A program made the translations under genes and the position numbers. The notes below the pieces were generated by a model. It had not been told where the DNA came from, searched no databases, and saw only the letters and a list, made by a program, of their open reading frames with translations. This document shows positions 48,944 to 57,745 of a DNA stretch of 64,000 bases, one piece after another. The first letter of the stretch is position 1, and every line of letters starts with the position of its first letter. Location of the stretch: NCBI GenBank assembly GCA_963717435.1, contig OY970332.1:960001-1024000 (forward strand). Direction: 5' to 3'. The stretch comes from an uncultured bacterium. Lineage in GTDB: Bacteria > Babelota > Babeliae > Babelales > Babelaceae.

Positions 48944-50974
48944 TTAGAAAGCCATACCAGCTTTTACAATTACACTCCATTGGCTTAAACCAGCTGTTTT
49001 GCAGTTGATCTTTGTAGCCCATTCTCCAGTTGCACCAATACCTAGGAAAGGAGTATTCTTACAGTCTTTCCAAGCGTGGTTGATGTAACCAAATACTTTG
49101 TTTGTCAATTGTGAAGCAGCAAGACCTGAAGCTAAGTTCAAGTTTGTAGCTGTTGTGTTGAATGTCACAGGAGCAACTGATTGTTGAGCAACGATAATAC
49201 CGTTAACGTTTGTTGCACCATTGATTAATGTGAATCCGTTTGACCCGACTGTTGTTACAGCTGAGCTGTTCCATGTTAATAGTACATCGCCTGTAGGTTC
49301 GCCAGCAATTATTGTTGTAGCGCCAAGAGTTGTAACCGCATTGTCAACTGCTGTTTCAACTGTAGGAGAGCACATTGTAGCAAAGCTTTGTGTTGAGTTC
49401 AAGTTAACAGATAATGGTACGTTAGCACTAATTGTTGTTTGAACAGGAGCTATCAAGTTATATGCGCCGCTGCTTGTAACAGTTGTGTATGTATATTCTA
49501 GACCGTATAGACCTTCTGTACCTTTGAATCCGAAGTTTCTTCCATCAACTGAGTAGTCACAAGGTGAACAGGTTATGCAGCCTTTTTCTGCTGATTTACC
49601 ATAAACGTTGTAACCAACATCGAATGTCCAGTTGCAATATTTGTAAGCGAATTTCAATGTCGCATCACCTTCAACCGCTAGGTTAATTCTGGTTTTTCTT
49701 GTTGTGAAGTTGATCGCATTAATAAAGCCGCCTGTTGAAACGTTGTTTGCATCAAACTCTTTAAGCAACATATATCTGCTTAACGGGCTGCAAACTGTTG
49801 AGCCAGCTGTGTTTGTTACGTTGAAATCGAATGAACGATTTTCGTAGCTGTTGAACCAGTGAACAACGTTACCTTCTAACCAAACAGCAAGTTTGTGGTC
49901 GTTGCATTCCCATAGATCGTAGTGAGTAGAAACACCACCACCAAGTTTACCATGACGGTCACCAACCATTGGTTCGAATATGAACTCGCCAGTTCTTCTG
50001 TTAGCAGTTGGAACTACGCCTTGGATGTAAAGACCAAAGTGTCCACAATCTTCGTTCCAGAAATCCCAACCTAAGATCAAGTCAAGATCCGCAACACCAA
50101 ATTTGCTTAGTTTGCAGAAAGAGAACTTACCAAAGTGCCATGGATCTACCATGTTTCCAAATTGCTTACCACTTAATGCAGCTTGCAAGCTTGTGAAAGG
50201 GTAAGCTGTGTTTGCAGGATAATTAGCAGTAAAGTTGTTTACTGACATATATCCATCAGGGTATGCAACATTTGTACCAACGCCAGCTGTTGTGTTCAAG
50301 CAGCAACCGTTAGCATCATTTTCAAACAATGTCCAACGTGCATAAACAAGTGGTAAATGCGCTCTGAAATAGAATCCGTCCCATCCACAAACATCAAAGC
50401 CGCGGAAGTATTCGAAATCAAAGATGAAGTTTTCGATTAACGGTTTTAATTTTAGAGAAGCATTTGTATTTGTTGGAAGACCAAAGTAGTCAGCCAATAA
50501 GTTGCAGCATCCAGCTGTACCTGTGTTAACACGGTTTGCAACTTGAGAACCAACAAAGTTCAATGTGCTTGTTCCGAAAAGATTTTGAGCAATCTTATTT
50601 CCATGGAATGAACGCTCGTATTGGAAAGCAAATGCATATGTTTTATACGCACCAGCTTCAGGTCCTCTGTGGATCCAGTCTTGCCAGCCAACAAGTTCTC
50701 TTGTGGTATCAGCACCCGGAGATCTTGGTACGAAAGTTGAAGCTAGATTACATGTTGAACCACATGTTGTGTTAGAGTTACATCCACCGTTGCATGAATT
50801 AGATCCACAGCTATTGCAGTTGCTTGTTGATGAACATGATTCATTACATGAGTTAGATTCGCAGCTATTACAGCTGTTTGTTGTTGAACAGCTGTTTGAG
50901 CCACAGCCGTCTGCCTGAATAGCAGGTGTTAGCAATAAGCTAACTGTTAAAAATGATTTAAGAAATTGTTTCAT
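48944..50974 (-). CDS. Cys-rich putative major outer-membrane protein, paralog 3
   Basis: Signal peptide, Cys/Ser/Asn repeat N-terminus, family motifs, ends KAGMAF; C-ending codon bias. Confidence 0.8.
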   Translation of the reverse strand: MKQFLKSFLTVSLLLTPAIQADGCGSNSCSTTNSCNSCESNSCNESCSSTSNCNSCGSNSCNGGCNSNTTCGSTCNLASTFVPRSPGADTTRELVGWQDWIHRGPEAGAYKTYAFAFQYERSFHGNKIAQNLFGTSTLNFVGSQVANRVNTGTAGCCNLLADYFGLPTNTNASLKLKPLIENFIFDFEYFRGFDVCGWDGFYFRAHLPLVYARWTLFENDANGCCLNTTAGVGTNVAYPDGYMSVNNFTANYPANTAYPFTSLQAALSGKQFGNMVDPWHFGKFSFCKLSKFGVADLDLILGWDFWNEDCGHFGLYIQGVVPTANRRTGEFIFEPMVGDRHGKLGGGVSTHYDLWECNDHKLAVWLEGNVVHWFNSYENRSFDFNVTNTAGSTVCSPLSRYMLLKEFDANNVSTGGFINAINFTTRKTRINLAVEGDATLKFAYKYCNWTFDVGYNVYGKSAEKGCITCSPCDYSVDGRNFGFKGTEGLYGLEYTYTTVTSSGAYNLIAPVQTTISANVPLSVNLNSTQSFATMCSPTVETAVDNAVTTLGATTIIAGEPTGDVLLTWNSSAVTTVGSNGFTLINGATNVNGIIVAQQSVAPVTFNTTATNLNLASGLAASQLTNKVFGYINHAWKDCKNTPFLGIGATGEWATKINCKTAGLSQWSVIVKAGMAF

Positions 50975-51146
50975 TTGAGATTCTCCTGAATTATTTATTT
51001 AAACAACTAATCAATTAATTTTTCTTCGTTATGGGCCATTTATCTTAAAAAATCTAATTTTTTATTTTTTAAATTAGCCCGTGTTGGTGAAGATAATTTA
51101 ATTTATGACTCCTATCTTTTGAAGTTGAACATATGATTTCATAGTT

Positions 51147-51175
51147 ACTCTAGTACAAAACTTTGAGAGTTTCAA
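51147..51175 (-). promoter_or_regulatory. putative proximal promoter of paralog 3
   Basis: TTGAAA-17bp-TAGAGT. Confidence 0.45.
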
Positions 51176-51438
51176 ATTAATTTATAAATTAGTTTATTGA
51201 TCAATTTGGTGCTTTCAAATTTATGTTGTAAGAACAATGCTTTTTGAGTTATTCGATTTTTTCAAATTGTTCGACTCACCAATTTATTTTTAACATCGCT
51301 GCCCACTCGCAAAGAAGGGGTTTCATATAACTTCCCTTTTTTATATGTGGTTTGAGATAGATATTCTCAAAAAAATACTGAAGATTATATAGTCCAGATC
51401 TCCTTCTTTTAAAGGTTCTTTTTATCTTCTATTAAAGA

Positions 51439-51468
51439 ACTCTAGTAAAGATCGATTATTGATTGCAA
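51439..51468 (-). promoter_or_regulatory. putative distal promoter of paralog 3
   Basis: TTGCAA-18bp-TAGAGT. Confidence 0.35.
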
Positions 51469-51480
51469 TAGTTTTTTTAA

Positions 51481-51515
51481 AAAAAATAAAGGGCCCTTTA
51501 TAGAGCCCTTTATTT
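51481..51515 (-). terminator. terminator of paralog 2
   Basis: aaataaagggc...gccctttattt hairpin with a T run on the minus strand. Confidence 0.75.
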
Positions 51516-51561
51516 GTAAGTTTGTTTTGTTATTTATCCTATATTATAAGATTAGATAAGA

Positions 51562-53592
51562 TTAGAATGATATACCGCCTTTTAGTAACACACTCCATTT
51601 GCTCAATCCGCAATATGTGCAATCTCTCTTACTTGCAAATTCACCAGTTGCGCCTAAGCCAAAGAATGGACTCCAGTCGCAATCCCTCCATATATAATTA
51701 ACAAGCCCAAATACTTTATTTGTTAATTCTGAGCAAGCAAGCCCTGAATTTATACTTAAGTATGTTTTAGGGTCGGTGCTGCCGGTAAATGTTACAGGAT
51801 TGTTTGAAGTTTGCGCGATAATTATGCCGTTTGTGTTAACTAATCCGTTTGTAAGCGTATAGTTTGAACCCAAAGTAGTTGCGCTGTTCCAAGTTATGTT
51901 TGTTGTTCCAACTCCGACAGGTGAGCCAACAGCTGCACTTTGTGTCGTTACTGCATTATCGACATTAACAGTTAATGTTGGGGCACACATAGTTGCGCTG
52001 TTTTCAGTTGAATTCAGCAGTTGTTGCGCACCTGCAGCACTTAAAGCATATTCGCCCGCTGCAACTGTTGAGAAGGTATACTGTGTAGAATATAGACCCT
52101 CTGTGCCCTTTATACCAAATACTCTGCCTGAAAGTGTGTCAGCACTTGTTGTGCAACCTGCGTTACAAGGAGCACCGGTAAAGCAGCCCTTTTCTCTTGA
52201 TTTACCATATATGTTATACCCAAGATCAACTTCCCAATTACAATTTCTGTAACAGAACTTCAAACTTGCGTCACCTTCAACTGCAATATCTATTTTCACA
52301 CTGCGTGTGTTAAAATTAATAGCATTTATAAATGTCCCTAATGGGGTAACTCCGTCTGTGTTAAACTCTTTAAGTAGTAGATATCTGCTCATAGGGTTGC
52401 AACCATAAGGTGCAGATGTTGTACTTGAATTTAAGAAATCAAAAGAACGTGTTTGTGTATCTTTAAAATAATGAACAACGTTGCCTTCTAGCCAAACAGA
52501 TAGTGACTGATCGCAGTTGTCTTCCCAAAGAACATAGTGGGTTGTCAAACCGCCACCAAGTTTCCACTGGTGCGTACCTACAACTGGTTCAAAAACAAAT
52601 TCGCCTGAAGGTCTTGGGCCAGTTGGAGCAACAGCTTGAATATAAAGACCAAAATGTCCACACTCGGAACTCCAGAAATCGTAACCCAATATCATATCAA
52701 GATCGGCAATACCGCCCTTATCTCTTTTGCAGAAATCGAATTTTCCAAATTTCCAAGCTTCTGACATTGCACCAAATTGCATTCCAGAAAGAGCTTGTTG
52801 CAAGCTAGAAAGGCTTTGTGTTGCGCCGGCTGACATATATCCTGCTACAAAAGTGCCCGTTGTGACTAAACTGGCACAAGATGTGTTACATGTTTTTCCA
52901 GATTTGCAATCAGAGCAGGTGCCGTTTGAGCATGAGCTTGAGTTTGAATTAGAATTTGTGTTGCAGCTGCCTTCGTTGCAATCACCAACCAATGCCCATC
53001 GTGTCCAGACAGCAGGTAAGTTAAATCTGAAGTATAAGCCTTCTAACCAAGAATCTAGTCCCAAGTAAAAATTAAAATCCCAAATAAAGTTTTGAATTTT
53101 TGGATTAATCTTTAAAGAAGCGTTTGTTGTTGTTGAAAGACCAAAATAGTCAGCAACTAGGTTGCAGCATCCAGCTGTTCCAGAATTTCCACGATTTGCA
53201 ACCTGTGATCCAACAAAATTTAATTGTGTTGTCCCAAATAATGCTTTTGCTATATTCTTGTCGTTAAAAGATTGTTCATATTGGAACGTCAAAGCTGCGG
53301 TTAAATATGTATCGCAAACATCAAATTTGTGAGTTAAAGTTTGCCAGCCTATAAGTTCTCTTGCAGTATCAGCACCTTGTGGTCTTGGTCTGAAAACTGA
53401 ACTGATAGGGCACGAATTGCATGAAGTTGTACATGAGTTTGTGCAGGATCCATTGCAAGAAGTTGAGTTGCAACTGCCACAGCTTTGCTGCGTGGAACAG
53501 CTATTTGTATTGCAACTATTATCAGCAAATGTTGACGGCGCTGCTGTTGCAAGCACGCTTAGCGCCAAATAAGATTTTAAAATTTTTTTCAT
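51562..53592 (-). CDS. Cys-rich putative outer-membrane protein, paralog 2
   Basis: Signal peptide, Cys-rich N-terminus and internal loop, family motifs, ends KGGISF. Confidence 0.8.
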   Translation of the reverse strand: MKKILKSYLALSVLATAAPSTFADNSCNTNSCSTQQSCGSCNSTSCNGSCTNSCTTSCNSCPISSVFRPRPQGADTARELIGWQTLTHKFDVCDTYLTAALTFQYEQSFNDKNIAKALFGTTQLNFVGSQVANRGNSGTAGCCNLVADYFGLSTTTNASLKINPKIQNFIWDFNFYLGLDSWLEGLYFRFNLPAVWTRWALVGDCNEGSCNTNSNSNSSSCSNGTCSDCKSGKTCNTSCASLVTTGTFVAGYMSAGATQSLSSLQQALSGMQFGAMSEAWKFGKFDFCKRDKGGIADLDMILGYDFWSSECGHFGLYIQAVAPTGPRPSGEFVFEPVVGTHQWKLGGGLTTHYVLWEDNCDQSLSVWLEGNVVHYFKDTQTRSFDFLNSSTTSAPYGCNPMSRYLLLKEFNTDGVTPLGTFINAINFNTRSVKIDIAVEGDASLKFCYRNCNWEVDLGYNIYGKSREKGCFTGAPCNAGCTTSADTLSGRVFGIKGTEGLYSTQYTFSTVAAGEYALSAAGAQQLLNSTENSATMCAPTLTVNVDNAVTTQSAAVGSPVGVGTTNITWNSATTLGSNYTLTNGLVNTNGIIIAQTSNNPVTFTGSTDPKTYLSINSGLACSELTNKVFGLVNYIWRDCDWSPFFGLGATGEFASKRDCTYCGLSKWSVLLKGGISF

Positions 53593-53720
53593 TTAAGAAA
53601 CTCCTTAAATATAACTTAAATATATTGGATATATTAGAAAAAATTGTACGTGATATGTTTATTTTTTCTTGTTGATACGTACTCCTCCTTTCGATCTAGT
53701 TGTAGTGGACAATGCGATAT

Positions 53721-53749
53721 AATCTAATCGAAAGAAGTTGCGATTGCAA
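53721..53749 (-). promoter_or_regulatory. putative promoter of paralog 2
   Basis: TTGCAA-17bp-TAGATT. Confidence 0.4.
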
Positions 53750-53808
53750 GCTTCGTAAATAAAAAGCAGATATATTAATATGCAAGATTTAGACGGTGTA
53801 ACTAAGTT

Positions 53809-55569
53809 TTAAAAAGCCAAGCCACCTTTGAGCCAGATACCCCATTGGTCAGCATATTTTTGTTCTTTGGATTTTCCGTTAAACTCAACTTCGCCACCAA
53901 TACCAAGTTGTGGCATAAATCTTACTGCATGCCAAGTGTGACAGAAATTAAAGAACATTTTATAAGTTAAAATACTTTGGGACTCAGCTGATTTTGGATT
54001 AAGATCTTTAACTGATATCAAAACCGGTGGTTGCGAATCAAGTGCAATTGTCGCACTAGAAATTGGGCTGCCCGTAGTTGCAGTGTTATCCCAAGTTACG
54101 TCAACTGTTCCGACAGGGCCTGAAATATTCACCGGATTATCTATACTGCCAGGTGAAGATATGGTTGCATTACTTTCAGTTGAATTTATTTCAGGTGTTT
54201 GTCCGGTCAAGCCACCAAGATTTCCAGAGACCTCGTTATATTGTATTGCACAAACTCCCTGTGTTCCCTTAAAACCGAAAAATCTTTCATCAAGCGAATT
54301 TGTATAATTTTTTATGCATACATGTTCTTGCGTATTTCCATAAATATTAAAACCAAAATCAAATCCAAAATCACAATGATAATAAGAAAGTTTCGCTGAA
54401 AAATCTGCTTTAACTTTAACGTCAACTTGCGCTTCGCGAGTTGCAAAATTTATTGCGTTAATTAAATTACCAATATAATTTCCACTAGAATCAAACTCTT
54501 TTAGCAGCATGTATCTACTAAAAAAGCAGTTGTTCAAAAAGTCAAAAGATCTTTTTTGTGTGTTTGCAAAAAGATGGGTTATATTACCTTCTGCATAAAT
54601 TAATAGTCTTTGTTCAGTGCCCTTTTGCCACAACAAAGTATGTCCGGTTAGACCCAATCCAAACTCCCAGTGCTTACCGTTACCAACAATTGGTGAAAAA
54701 ATAAATTCAGGGTTGGGCAAGTTTCCTGTCGGCACAACTGTCTGTAAATATAAGCCCGCATGATAATCTTCACCTTGCCAGATATTATAACCAAGTATTA
54801 AATCAACATCGGCAACTCGAGTTAAACTTCTTGTGCATTGGGAAAATTTACCATAGGCCCACGGTGTTTTCATATCACCAAATGTTTTTCCACAAAGTGC
54901 ATCAGCAAGTGTCCCGACGCTGTTTGTCGCAGCTTCTGACATATAACATTCTGGAAATTGATCAACTGCCAAATTGGCTGATTGTTCACAACAGCTTGCC
55001 AACTCTTTGCTATTAAAAAGGGTCCATCTTGATATTGTTAGCGGCGCATGAAGCCGGAAATAAAGCCCTTTTGTGATTTTATCCAGCCCCATAAACATTT
55101 CAAAATCCCAAATTATATTTTCTATAGACGGACAAATATTTATAGTTTGCTTATAATCTGTCGGAAGACCAAAATAATCTGCAATTAATGGGCAACAAAG
55201 ATTGGCGCAACTTCTGTTTGTTGTTGTGGTGTAACAGAAATCTGTCCCCGTAAACTGATTCGGAACCTGAGATCCCATAAATGTTAATTTATTTGACCCG
55301 AATATATATTTTGCAATTCTTTGATCTTTAAAAGTTTGTTGATATTCAAAAGCCAGATCTGTTGTTACATAAAAATTACAAGTATCTTTATATATAAACT
55401 CTTGCCAGCCCACGAGTTCTCTTGCAGTATTTGCGCCCTGCGATCTTGGGACAAATATCGAAGTTGGATGAAGAGGCGTCGTATCTGCTTTAAGATTAAA
55501 TAAACTAAAATTTATAGCTATTATTAAAAATAAATTTAAGAATCTAAGAAATTTGTTTTGCATACTCAT
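53809..55569 (-). CDS. putative outer-membrane protein, paralog 1
   Basis: FVPRSQGANTARELVGWQ, LIADYFGL, SRYMLLKEF; ends KGGLAF; lacks the N-terminal Cys repeats. Confidence 0.78.
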   Translation of the reverse strand: MSMQNKFLRFLNLFLIIAINFSLFNLKADTTPLHPTSIFVPRSQGANTARELVGWQEFIYKDTCNFYVTTDLAFEYQQTFKDQRIAKYIFGSNKLTFMGSQVPNQFTGTDFCYTTTTNRSCANLCCPLIADYFGLPTDYKQTINICPSIENIIWDFEMFMGLDKITKGLYFRLHAPLTISRWTLFNSKELASCCEQSANLAVDQFPECYMSEAATNSVGTLADALCGKTFGDMKTPWAYGKFSQCTRSLTRVADVDLILGYNIWQGEDYHAGLYLQTVVPTGNLPNPEFIFSPIVGNGKHWEFGLGLTGHTLLWQKGTEQRLLIYAEGNITHLFANTQKRSFDFLNNCFFSRYMLLKEFDSSGNYIGNLINAINFATREAQVDVKVKADFSAKLSYYHCDFGFDFGFNIYGNTQEHVCIKNYTNSLDERFFGFKGTQGVCAIQYNEVSGNLGGLTGQTPEINSTESNATISSPGSIDNPVNISGPVGTVDVTWDNTATTGSPISSATIALDSQPPVLISVKDLNPKSAESQSILTYKMFFNFCHTWHAVRFMPQLGIGGEVEFNGKSKEQKYADQWGIWLKGGLAF

Positions 55570-55669
55570 ACCCTTTTTTAGGTTTTCTTATAGATTAATA
55601 ATATTGATATGTTATTTTATTCAAACAAGTCAATAGACTAGCAAAGATAATTACGAGAGGGATTCAAAA

Positions 55670-56521
55670 TTGATTTTTTTGTTGCTTCTAATAACACAAA
55701 TTATTGTAGAATCTTTGCCAATAAGCAGTTCAGGGCATGTAAAACTAGTAGAAAATATTAGTTTGAAATTATATCCAGAACAGAATTATAATCTTATCCC
55801 AAAATCACTCGAATACTTTTTTCATGGTCCAACAATTTTGATTTTAATAATATTTTTCTTTAAAGATATTATTTATTTACTTTCTAATTTTTCTAAGAAT
55901 TTCGATTTTATTTACTACTGGCTAAGTTTAGTTTTTATCGCAGATTTTATTACTGTAATTTTTTACTTTTTATTTAATTATTTTGAAATTAAAAATATTA
56001 ATTTTATCTCAGGGATTTATTCAAGCTATTTAAGTTATTTCTCAGGATTTATAATTACAATATTTTTATTATTATCACTTAAGTTTTTGCCCAATAATTT
56101 AGCTAATTTAAGTAATTTAAATACTGGTTTAACAAAACTAAGTTATAAACATTCCGTAATTTTGGGAGTTGTTCAGGGAATAAGCCTGCTTCCGGGAATT
56201 TCGCGACTTGCTTCGACTTTTGTTGTTGCCTGCTGGCTCGGGGCAACTTACCAAACTGCTTTTTATTTTTCCTGCGCGATACAGTTCCCGCTCATTTGCG
56301 CCGGTTTTTTAAAGGGCTGCTACTTTGTTTACACCAATCCAACGCTTTTGGCTAATATTCTAAAACCAGCCTGGCTTTTTAGCTCAGTAACTATATTATC
56401 AACCATTATCTCTTATTTTGCTCTGCACACAACTTATCTTTTGCTCATCTCCGGCTACGGCTATTATTTTGGCTATTATATGATAATTCCCGCAGTTTTG
56501 GCCCTTATTTTTAATATTTAG
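55670..56521 (+). CDS. uppP: undecaprenyl-diphosphate phosphatase (BacA/UppP)
   Basis: QIIVESLPISSSGH and QGISLLPGISR motifs; multi-TM. Confidence 0.88.
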   Translation: MIFLLLLITQIIVESLPISSSGHVKLVENISLKLYPEQNYNLIPKSLEYFFHGPTILILIIFFFKDIIYLLSNFSKNFDFIYYWLSLVFIADFITVIFYFLFNYFEIKNINFISGIYSSYLSYFSGFIITIFLLLSLKFLPNNLANLSNLNTGLTKLSYKHSVILGVVQGISLLPGISRLASTFVVACWLGATYQTAFYFSCAIQFPLICAGFLKGCYFVYTNPTLLANILKPAWLFSSVTILSTIISYFALHTTYLLLISGYGYYFGYYMIIPAVLALIFNI

Positions 56522-56705
56522 CTTTCAAGATTACTAGAATTAACTAATAATACTTAAATTTTTTATACATAAATTATTGCTTGTTTGTAATTCAAACTAG
56601 TAAGCTTGTATTGTATTGGTTGTTTTGCGTTAATATTAATAAAATATATTGGCAATTAACAAGCACAATAGTTTAATTTTTTTTAATTTTAGTTAGGGGA
56701 TTATA

Positions 56706-57653
56706 ATGAAACTTTTAAATTTTATTGGTTTTAACGCAGCTTTATTGCTTATATCTTTTAATGGCATTGCCATGGGTTCAGGAGGTAAAAACTTGCCTCT
56801 TACTGCATTCGATGAAATAGCAAAGAACAGTATCAATTATAACGCGAAAACAGAAGCCCAGATTTTTGCGCTTGCAGATAAATTAGAAAAAGCTGGCGGA
56901 GATAGTTGGAGAGCCATGTATTCTTTTATCAGGTCCTCGGGCAGAAAAAGGGGCCTAACGGGACAAGCTCTTGAAAACTATAATTACGGGCAATTTAAAG
57001 CGGATATAATGAGCGATATTTTAAAAAAGAGAGCGCCCGGGGCAAAAGACTTTGGTCCAGAAATAATTGATCAGGCCATAGATGCTGAGGCTTACAAGTT
57101 CGCTAAATATTATTCCAAAGAATTGCAGAAGGGTTTAGACGAAAAGCTATATGACATGCTTGCTTTTTATCGACTAGGGTCCGATTCTGAGATAACTAAA
57201 AAAATTGAACAAAAAGGCGGCGCATTGTCTTATGTGGAAACATTATTAAAATTTGGAGCTGATCCAAATCATTTGACCAAGTGGGACGAACGTAATCAAA
57301 ATTCTACTATATTTTACTATTTTTTATTTTTTGGTCTGCAGACTTTCAATGTATTAGGAGAAACAAAATCAAAAGAGATACAAGCAAAGCTAAAAACTTT
57401 TGCTAATGAATTTCCTGATGTATTAAAACTTTTATTAAAATATGGGGCAAATCCTGATGTTCAGGATCCACTTCTTAAGGGCAAGACTCTTATGAATTAT
57501 TTAAACGATAAGTTAAAAGAACATCAGGGAGCCATTAAGTTTTATACCGGTATCGGAAACGATGATATGCATACAAAGTTTATTAAAGCGCTAATTAAAA
57601 TTGTTCCTGAAGAACGTGCTAAATATTTGGCGGCTCAAAAAAGTAAAAAATAA
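56706..57653 (+). CDS. exported protein with degenerate ankyrin-like motifs
   Basis: Signal peptide; VETLLKFGADPN and LKLLLKYGANPD. Confidence 0.65.
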   Translation: MKLLNFIGFNAALLLISFNGIAMGSGGKNLPLTAFDEIAKNSINYNAKTEAQIFALADKLEKAGGDSWRAMYSFIRSSGRKRGLTGQALENYNYGQFKADIMSDILKKRAPGAKDFGPEIIDQAIDAEAYKFAKYYSKELQKGLDEKLYDMLAFYRLGSDSEITKKIEQKGGALSYVETLLKFGADPNHLTKWDERNQNSTIFYYFLFFGLQTFNVLGETKSKEIQAKLKTFANEFPDVLKLLLKYGANPDVQDPLLKGKTLMNYLNDKLKEHQGAIKFYTGIGNDDMHTKFIKALIKIVPEERAKYLAAQKSKK

Positions 57654-57745
57654 CTTGTAAAACATAACTTTTTTATAAAGTTATTTTGCTCTCTTGCTTT
57701 TTTAATTTTAAACAGGTTAGCCTGTTAAAAAATTAGGGGAGTAGT

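Noticed and set aside
50975-51480. Known riboswitch in the long leader of barrel paralog 3
   Set aside because: Hairpins are present but I could not match any known riboswitch consensus by eye; an Rfam search is needed.
47808-55503. Many short plus-strand ORFs opposite the four barrel paralogs
   Set aside because: Antisense shadows of long minus-strand genes with no independent motifs.
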